DNA of 64,000 nucleotides, from assembly GCA_040954595.2 (NCBI GenBank), contig CM082587.2, positions 11,709,162 to 11,773,161 of the forward strand, read 5' to 3'. The stretch comes from Balanoglossus misakiensis. Taxonomy: Eukaryota; Animalia; Hemichordata. Each line of letters starts with the position of its first letter. Positions within the stretch are counted from its first letter, which is position 1. Positions 54,485 through 64,000 of this stretch are shown in pieces. A model generated the notes under the pieces. That model saw only the letters and a list, made by a program, of their open reading frames with translations, had not been told where the DNA came from and did no database searches. Both the position numbers and the translations under genes were made by a program.

Positions 54485-56750
54485 CTATGTTACCTTTGAA
54501 GTGCTTGGCGGCTATACCGGTACAAGCATGCACAGATCTATGTTGATAGACATTACTCATCACAGGGACCAGTGACTGTTATCTGCAAAAATGAAAAATA
54601 TGCCAATAAGTATTTCTGTGTCAAACAGCACGGCAAAATGTAACTATATGGACAGAGATGATCTCCTGTCTTCATGAACAATACAATACGTTGTACAGGG
54701 GCCTCCAAATGAGCAATTAAATTCTATGCTGTCATCCATGGCGTCTAGGAAATCTTTAACAGAATAAGAATTATCTTATGTTACCCTCAGACACCACTTG
54801 GCTGCAATACAGGCATGTACACACATCCAGTTCGACAGATCAATGTTGATCACCAGAGAGAAACCATTATCTGCAAAAATGGAAAATATGACAAAGTATT
54901 TTAGTGTCAAAAAACATGACAGTAAAATGTATGGACAGATGATCTCCTGGATGGACAATACAATAAGTCACACACTGCCCTCCAAAATGAGCAATTAAAT
55001 TATATGCATTCATCTATGGGGTCTAGGAAATCTTTAGGAGAAAAAGAATTATCTTATATGTTACCCTCAGACACCAATTGGCTGCAATACAGGCATGTAA
55101 TAATAATAATAATAATAATTTATTTGTATAGCGTCAGTATCCACAAAAAAAATGTGATCAATGACGCTTAAAGCAAAAGTACAATACAACAAATGGCTAA
55201 AAAACAGATTTAAAAAGTAAAGTTTTAACATTTGATTTAAAAACAGATAAGTCTGGTGCCTGGCGAATGGTGAGTGGAAGATTATTCCAAAGAATTGGAG
55301 CAGCAACAGTAAAAGCACGATCACCATAACTCTTGGTGCGTGATCGAACAGGGCAGAGTTTGAACTGATCAGCTGACCTTAAATTGCGACATGGAACATA
55401 TAGATTAGTCATGCTAGAAAGATAGATTGGACCAAGTTTATGAATGGATTTAAAAATGAGAACTAACATCTTAAAAACAATACGCTCTGTAACAGGTAGC
55501 CAGTGCAACTGATACAAAATTGGAGTGATGTGACAGGTGATTTTAGAACGAGTTACAATTCTAGCAGCAATATTCTGAACGCGTTGGATACGGTTGATTG
55601 AATACTTCGGGAGCCCAAATAAAAGTGAATTACATGAATCAATTCGAGACGTAATGAATGCATGAACTAATTGCTCTGTAGCTGAATGAGATAAATATTT
55701 GCGGATAAGCGCAATGCGACGTAAATTAAAAGTGGCAGAGCGGCAGATCTGTCCAATATGTGGCTTCATTGTCAGACAAGAGTCAAGGATCACTCCAAGG
55801 CTCTTAGCCTGACAATGGACGGGAATCAGAGAATCGCCAACACGAATTTCTGAAATCCCTCTAGCAGACAGATCACCCAAAATACCAGAGAAAATAACAA
55901 ATTCAGTCTTATCATCGTTTAAGCACAAGAAGTTTTCAGACATCCAAAACCTAACATCAGAAATACAAAGTTCAAGATTTGAAACAGTTCTTGCTGCGTT
56001 GTCTTTACTAAAAGACATATAAAGTGAAGAGTCATCTGCATAAAAAACTATAAAGACAACCATGACTTTGAACTAATTCACCTAATGGAGACGTGTACAT
56101 ATTGAAAAGTATGGGACCAAGAACTGATCCCTGTGGTACCCCAGTGTCGAGCGGATAGAAAGGTGATTGGGTGGAATTTACAAGTACACACTGACTACGA
56201 TTGGAAAGGTAAGACTTAAACCACATGAGAACAGTATCTGAGAGACCGAAGCGGTCTCTTAAGCGATTGAGTAAAATGGTATGGTTCACAGTGTCAAATG
56301 CTGCGGAAAGATCGAGTAATACCAAGATGTGTACACACATCCAGTTCGACAGATCATCAATGTTGATCACCAGAGAGAAACTATTATCTACAAAAATGGA
56401 AAATATGACAGTATTTTAGTGTCAAAAAATAAGGCAGTAAAATGTAAGGATAATCTCCTGGATGGACAATACAATAAGTCACACACTGCCCTCCAAAATG
56501 AGCAATTAAATTCTATGCTGTCATCTATGGGGTAAAGGAAATCTTAGAAGAACAATAATTATCTTATGTTACCCTTGCAAACTACTGTACTGCTTTACAG
56601 GCTTGAATATACATCTAGTTTGGCCGATTTTGATCAACAGCTAGATACCCCTTTCTGCAAAAAATGGAAAATATGCTAATAAGTATTTCTGTGTCAAACA
56701 ACATAATGGTAAAATATATCTATGGACAGAGATGATCTCCTGTCTTCATG
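54485..56750. repeat. Diverged ~280-290-bp tandem repeat (4-5 copies) interrupted by a LINE
   Basis: Recurrent blocks TGTTACC, ATCTGCAAAAATG, GGACAGA..TGATCTCCTG and GAGCAATTAAATT near 54490, 54780, 55060/56330 and 56570. Confidence 0.8.
55099..56329 (-). mobile_element. 5'-truncated L2/CR1-group non-LTR retrotransposon (reverse transcriptase fragment, one frameshift near 56050)
   Basis: RT motifs LDLSAAFDTVNH, GVPQGSVLGPILF and YADD; L2-type C-terminus SRIDSCNSLL and HITPIL.QLHWLPV; (TTA)n 3' tail. It splits the host repeat sequence GCATGTA/CACACATCC, with a possible TGTA duplication. Confidence 0.92.
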
Positions 56751-56784
56751 AATGTAATGTACTTCAATGGCTGGTTACTCAAAT

Positions 56785-57770
56785 TTAATTTGCATACTCA
56801 CACCACAGGAATCATGTTACCTGGTTACCAACTTGGCATCTGGACAGGAGGATATTGGGCATCATGGAAATCTGAAACTAATGAGACAAAATTGTGTAAA
56901 TAGACAATTATAACTGACTGCTATGACCTTCAACTTGGCTCCAATCCATAATTATTTCTCGTTGGGTGCTCAGTTGTTTCTGGTTCAAAGGCGACTAGTG
57001 CAAAGTGTCCAGGAAAACACAGAGACACGGAGATGTCACATGACTGCAAGCCATGAGCCATTATTTTGCATACTCACACCATAGGAATCATGTTACCTGG
57101 TTACCAACTTGGCATCTGGACAGGAGGATATTGGGCATCATGGAAATCTGAAACTAATGAGAAAAAATTGTGTAAATAGACAATTATAACTGACTGTTAT
57201 GAACTTCAACTTGGCTCCAATCCATAATTATTTCTCGTTGGGTGCTCAGTTGTTTCTGGTTCAAAGGCGACTAGTGCAAAGTGTCCAGGATAACACAAGA
57301 GACACGGAGATGTCACATGACTGCAAGCCATGAGCCATTTATTTGCATACTCACACCATAGGAATCATGTTACCCGGTTACCAACTTGGCATCTGGACAG
57401 GAGGATATTGGGCATCATGGTAATCTGAAACTAATGAGAAAATTTGTGTAAATAGACAATTATTACTGACTGCTATGAACTTCAACTTGGCTCCAATCTA
57501 TAATTATTTCTCGTTGGGTGCTCAGTCGTTTCTGGTTTCAAGGCGACTAGGGCAACGTGTCCAGGAAATCACAAGAGACACGGAGATGTCACATGACTGC
57601 AAGCCATGAGCCATTAATTTGCATACTCACACCATAGGAATCATGTTACCTGGTTACCAACTTGGCATCTGGACAGGAGGATATTGGGCATCATGGAAAT
57701 CTGAAACTAATGAGAAAAAACGTGTAAATAGACAATTATAACTAACTGCTATGAACTCCAACTTGGCTGC
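56785..57770. repeat. ~277-bp tandem repeat, ~3.5 copies
   Basis: TTTGCATACTCACACCA recurs near 56790, 57066, 57342 and 57619. Confidence 0.92.
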
Positions 57771-58375
57771 TAACAATCCCCAACACCTGCAACAAATAAT
57801 AAATAGTAAATATTAATTGATTATCATAGACTGGTTGAGTTTAATGTTACCTATGGTACACTTACATTGTATTTTCCCTTTTAATCTGGTGGGTAGTTAG
57901 CTATCTGATGTACATTAACCATTGTAAAACTCTAGGATCTGATAAACTTATTTATTTATCCAATAGACTAACAAAATGTGAAAATATTTATATTTCTATG
58001 GGAGAAACATGGACCGGTACTCAGTCAACTAATCATTATGGGGGACTAAATTTCTACAAATTTAAAATTATTCCTGTAATTATCACCTGTCTATATATTA
58101 TGTACATTGTAATTGCTAAACTATACCATTCACTGGGTTTAGCTCCTTACTGGAAAATTGCCATTACAATTTATGCCCAGTTGTGGGTTTAAGAAAAATA
58201 CACAGTGATAAAAACTGCAAAATTATTAATGTAGTTTTCAAAAGTTATTCCCTAAAATCATCAGACATAAGTACTAAATTATCACTTAAAGCTAAGCCTA
58301 CTAATCAATACAAATTCAGCAGAATATTTAAGTTCCATGGCTGAGGATTAATGAGAAAACAACACATTTCTTATT

Positions 58376-58382
58376 TATCATT

Positions 58383-58414
<32 letters not shown>

Positions 58415-58453
58415 AATCATCATCATCATCACCATCATTGCCATCATCATCAC

Positions 58454-58488
<35 letters not shown>

Positions 58489-58530
58489 CCATCACAACCG
58501 TCATCAACATCAGTACAACCATCAATGCCA
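58376..58530. repeat. (CAT)n microsatellite
   Basis: Directly visible. Confidence 0.95.
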
Positions 58531-59109
58531 TCACCATAACAACTAGCAATAACAATTAACATCAAAACTGCCAACACCATCACCAACATTAACAGAAATA
58601 AAATCAAAATGTTGAATGACCCATGAAAATCAGAAACTGTCAACCAACAGCATTCTACAAAGTCACTAGTTTGTTAATCTAGCTGAGGTGATTGTATTAT
58701 ACTCTAAAATATTATATGTTTATTATTATCAGTTTGTAAATTTTTAAGTCTAAGAATATTATAATATTAAAATTTCAAATGGCAATTTTTTTATATGCAT
58801 AGCTGACATTATACACCAGTAATTCTGAATGTTCTTTTACTAAAGTACTGCAATTTCCAAAACAGCCATTTTATGTAAATTATTTTCCAATTTTCAAACG
58901 AGTGCTAACTTCACTGATGAAAAGGGGGAATTTAGACAATGAGCTGTTGGTGAAACTGACTGGATGGTATTAAAACACAATTAAATACAGATCTGGAACA
59001 TAAATGTTATACAATGCAATGTTATATCATATTATTTAATCTGGAAAGAAATCATGCATTTGAGACACATCAATTGTGATCACAATTACCGGTTCAATGC
59101 AAACACTGT

Positions 59110-61775
59110 CTGGAAGTTTTCATATCAAGCTACAGTACCTGAAACAAAAATTTGTAATCACTGACACCCCCATCATTATGAATCGCTGGCACCCCCACCC
59201 CCATCATTATGAACACCTTGGTTCACACAGGTTATTTGTTTACGATTGTGAAACACTGTTCACTTAATAACACAAGCATAGTAAAATTATTAATGATAAA
59301 ACACATCATGGTGCAGCATTTTATTAATACTGCAGGTTAGTTCAAAGTTTTCATATCAAGCTACAGTACCTGAAACAAAACTTTGTAATCTCTTACACCC
59401 CCCACCCCTGACACCCCCCACCCCCCATCATTATCAATTAGAACACTTGGTTTCACACAGGTTGTTTGTTTACGATTGTGAAACACTGTTCACTTAAGAA
59501 CACAAGCATAGTTAAATTATTAATGATAAAACACATTATGGTGCAGCATTTTAATACTGCAGATAAGTTCACGGTTTTCATATCAAGCTACAGTACCTGA
59601 AACAAAAATTTATTATGGCTGACACCCCCCTCCCCCCATCATTATCAATTTGAACACTTGGTTTCACACAGGTTGTTTGTTTACGATTGTGAGACACTGT
59701 TCACTAAATATGGTGCAGCATTTTAATACTGCAGGTTAGGTCAAACTTTTCATATCAAGCTACAGTACCTGAAACAAAAATTTGTAATCACTGACACCCC
59801 CCGCCCCTGACACCCCCCACCCCCGATCATGATGAACACCTTGGTTCACACAGGTTGTTTGTTTACGATTGTGAAACACTGTTCACTTAAGAACACAAGC
59901 ATAGTCAAATTATTAATGATTAAACACATTATGGTGCAGCATTTTAATACTGCAGATTAGTTCAAGGTTTTCATATCAAGCTACAGTACCTGACACAAAA
60001 ATTTGTGATCACTAACATCCCCCTCCCCCCATCATTATCAATTAGAACGCTTGGTTTCACATAGGTTGTTTGTTTATGATTGTGAAACACTGTTCACTAA
60101 ATATGGTGCAGCATTTTAATTAATACTGCAGGTTAGTTCAAAGTTTTCATATCAAGCTACAGTACCTGAAACAAAAATTTGTGATCACTGACACCCCCAC
60201 CCCCGATCATGATGAACACCTTGGTTCACACAGGTTGTTTGTTTACGATTGTGAAACACTGTTCACTTAAGAACACAAGCATAATCAAATTATTAATGAT
60301 AAAACACATTATGGTGCAGCATTTTAATACTGCAGATTAGTTTAAGGTTTTCATATCAAGCAACAGTACCTGAAACAAAAATTTATTATCGCTGACACCC
60401 CCCTCCCCCAATCATTATCAATTTGAACACTTGGTTTCACACAGGTTGTTTGTTTACGATTGTGAAACACTGTTCACTTAATTAACACAAGCATAGTAGA
60501 ATTATTAATGATAAAACACATCATGGTGCAGCATTTTAATACTGCAGATTAGTTCAAAGTTTTCATATCAAGCTACAGTACCTGAAACAAAAAATTGTAT
60601 TCACTTACACCCCCCAACCCTGACACCCCCCACCCCCGATCATTACCAATTAGAACACCATGGTTTCACACAGGTTGTTTGTTTACGATTGTGAAACACT
60701 GTTCACTTAATTAACACAAGCATGGTAAAATTTTTAATGATAAAACCCATCATGGTGCAGCATTTAATACTGCAGATTAGTTCAAGGTTTTCATATCAAG
60801 CTACAGTACCTGAAACAAAAAATTGTAATCACTTACACCCCCCAACCCTGACACCTCCCACACCCGATCATTACCAATTAGAACACCTTGGTTTCACGTT
60901 GGTTACTTGTTTACATTCGTGAAACACTGTTCACTTAATTAACACAAGCATAGTAGAATTATTAATGATAAAACACATCATGGTGCAGCAATTTAATACT
61001 GCAGATTAGTTCAAAGTTTTCATATCAAGCTACAGTACCTGAAACAAAAATTTGTAATCACTGACAACCCCCACCCCCGATCATTACCAATTAGAACACA
61101 TTGGTTTCACACAGATTGTTTGTTTATGATCGTGAAACACTGTTTACTTAATAAGACAAGCATGGCAAAATTATTAATGATAAAACACATCATGGTGCAG
61201 CAATTTAATACTGCAGATTAGTTCAAAGTTTTCATATCAAGCTACAGTACCTGAAACAAAAATTTGTAATCGCTGACACCCCCCACCCCTGACAACCCCC
61301 ACCCCCGATCATTACCACACTGGCTGTTCGTTTACGATTGTGAAACACTGTTCACTTAATAACACAAGCATAGTAAAATTATTAATGGTACAACACAACA
61401 TGGTGCAGCATTTTAATACTGCAGATTAGTTCAAAGTTTTCATATCAAGTTACAGTACCTGAAACAAAAAATTGTAATAGCTGAAACCCCCTACCCCATC
61501 ATTATGAACACATTGGTTCACACAGGTTGTTTGTTTACGATTGTGAAACATTGTTCCCTTAAGAACACATGCTTGGTAAAATTATTAATGAAATTAATCA
61601 CATCATGGTGCAGCATTTTAATACTGCAGGTTAGTTTAAAGTTCTCATATCAAGCTACAGTACCTGACACAAAAATTTGTAATCACTGACAACCCCCTTC
61701 CCCCATCATTATCAATAAGAACACCCTGGTTTCACACAGGTTGTTTGTTTACAATTGTGAAACACTGTTCATGTT
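59110..61775. repeat. Variable-length (~170-240 bp) tandem repeat, ~13 copies
   Basis: TCATATCAAGCTACAGTACCTGAAACAAAA and GTTTACGATTGTGAAACACTGTTCAC recur, with variable C-run segments and optional internal blocks. Confidence 0.93.
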
Positions 61776-62044
61776 ATAACACCACAAATTCCATAGTGTA
61801 ATATTATTAACTAGTTTGATAAATCAGAAACTTCTGAGTGCGTGGTTACTTATACGGTATTTCATGTTTGAGAGTGCAAGGTTATGACATCCCCAAATCT
61901 GACTGGCCAGGTCAGAATGGGAACACCCACATGTGTGCAAGTTTTAATAAAAAACACCTGAGAGCATGACTGCACCCAGCAGATCACCCATTTACAAAGC
62001 TTTGTGTCATTACATGTGAGTATGATATTTTTATTTTTATAAGT

Positions 62045-62094
<50 letters not shown>

Positions 62095-62580
62095 CACCAT
62101 CATCATCAGTATCACCATCTAAACCATTATTATCACCATCACCATCAGTATCACCACCATCACCATCAGTATCACAATCATCACCATCATTATCACCATC
62201 ACCACCATTATTATCACCATCATCACCATCAGTATCACCATCACTACCATTATTATCACCATCATCACCATCATTATCACCATCATCACCATTATTATCA
62301 CTATCATCACCATCATTATCACCATCACCACCACTATTATCACCATCAGTATCACCATCACCACCATTATTATCACCATCATCATCACCATCACCACCAT
62401 TATTATCATCATCATCACCATCACCACCACTATTATCACCATCAGTATCACCATCACCACCATTATTATCACCATCATCACCATCATCATCACCATCACC
62501 ACCATTATTATCTTAATCAGTATCACCAGTACCACCAGATTCACATTCATTGTCATCACTATTATCACCACCAGTATTAT
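62045..62580. repeat. (CAT/CAC/TAT)n low-complexity tract
   Basis: Directly visible trinucleotide mosaic. Confidence 0.95.
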
Positions 62581-62959
62581 CATATTTAACACCGCTATGT
62601 TACGGTTAAAACTGCTGTACCAGTTAGTACAGATCTCCATTTACCATGGTAACTGTATATTTATGGTTAAATTAAACCTTTACTTACATTATTATTTCTG
62701 TTATTTTATACCACTACAACCACAATGCCAAAGCTAACGCTAGTAACAGATACAACATTACACCCATTATTCTGGAGTAAATTAAGACCACTAAGAAACA
62801 AATATTAACCACCTATACCACTCAAGACATATTCATTCTCCAACCTATTGCGTCTCAAAGTATCCTGAAGATTCACCAAAACCAGACAATACCACATTGA
62901 CATATGCTCTGCAGAAACTACTATTATTGGTGTCTTTCTTACACAGATATAAAGAACTA

Positions 62960-63120
62960 ATCATCATCATCATTGTTACTGTTTTTGTAACATCTTCATC
63001 ATCATTATTGTCATCATCATCCTCATTATAATCATCATCATCATTATCATCATCATCACAATCATCATTATCATCATCATCATTGTAGTCATTATTTTTA
63101 GTTATTTTATTATCATCCTC
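62960..63120. repeat. Degenerate (CAT)n tract
   Basis: Directly visible. Confidence 0.85.
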
Positions 63121-64000
63121 CTATTATTCATCCTATTATTCCTAATCATTTTTTTCTCATATTACATTTGTCTTTCAATTGTCATTGATTTTAAGAATAT
63201 TACTGCTCCAATTTCAACGTGACTGGTGTGATCATCCTCTTTGCCGTAATTTGCATTTGAACATCATGAAGTTAATCCAAACTGAAAAGCAGATGCCTAC
63301 CATGTCGTTTTTAATCCTCCCTACCTTAAATAGGTTTTAAGCTACCTAAGTGAGTGATGAAAATCTCATAATATGGTCGACACAATTTCAAGATGGCCGA
63401 TTTTTGCCATGTTTAAGAAATGGGAGTTCATGAGCTAAAGTGATATTGAGTCTTTCTGAATCTTTGTAACAGAAAAAATAACAAAATGTGAAAAAAGTTT
63501 AATGAGTTTGATATGTTAAGTACAAAGACAGACATGTTTGACCAAAGAAAGTCATAACATACAGTAAACATATCATTTATTCTATCTCTTACTACAGTGA
63601 GTTGTCGACTTTTTACCCAGAATGCAATTATTATAATGTGATTTGACCCCCTAGCACAAAGTGAACACCTATTAAAGGCAGCCAGAATTTTGCACCATCT
63701 GCCAATTATGCAATATTTAAGCTGTCAAGTAAAACAATAAAGTACATCGTATAAAAAATTTTACTTCCCTGCTCAAAGCTCGGCTGCTATAATGTACATC
63801 TATTTCTGTAATCTTCAACTTTTTCCCACAAGTCCTGTCGGCTAGATCACATGGAAAGTTCCTCCTGCAATTTAAGAAAGTTGAAAACAATTTTGAGCAC
63901 AAAATCAAAACTTTCAAAAAATATAGAAATCATGGGTAAGAGGAACTCATATGTTTTCATCTTCAAATTTGTATAAAGGTGTTTATAAAACTGTTGCCAG

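Noticed and set aside
58841-58865. TAAAGTACTGCAATTTCCAAAACAG resembles the mini-element right end
   Set aside because: Gapped short match in AT-rich DNA, no partner end and no AT flank; may be chance.
58328-62640. Poly-Met/Asp/Val-Ile ORFs
   Set aside because: These are translations of (CAT)n tracts with no gene structure.

Overview
Metazoan genomic DNA (spliceosomal introns, L2-type LINE, microsatellites). Bases 1-52774 are a near-identical tandem array built from a ~273-bp unit. About 75 units carry a 177-bp TIR mini-element (CTGT...ACAG, flanked by AT on both sides; 452-bp monomer). Forty units lack it and instead show one of four short junction scars (272/274/274/275-bp monomers) that fit hairpin-type excision footprints. 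An ~8.1-kb gene island (31611-39755) interrupts the array and runs directly into the right 150 bp of the mini-element, so it looks like the autonomous parent. The island encodes (i) a Sola1-like DDD transposase split into two intact, head-to-head genes (N-terminal half on -, catalytic half on +), (ii) a 4-exon winged-helix + SET (KMT5A/SET8-like) gene and (iii) a His-Me finger (His-Cys box-like) endonuclease. It also carries a diverged copy of the array unit and a 902-bp tandem duplication. The array ends exactly at an ACAG terminus abutting an (AT)n microsatellite, suggesting that array plus island may be one giant composite transposon. Bases 52775-64000 are ordinary repeat-rich DNA: microsatellites, three short tandem arrays and a 5'-truncated L2-like LINE. 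All family assignments are motif recognition by eye; no searches were run.
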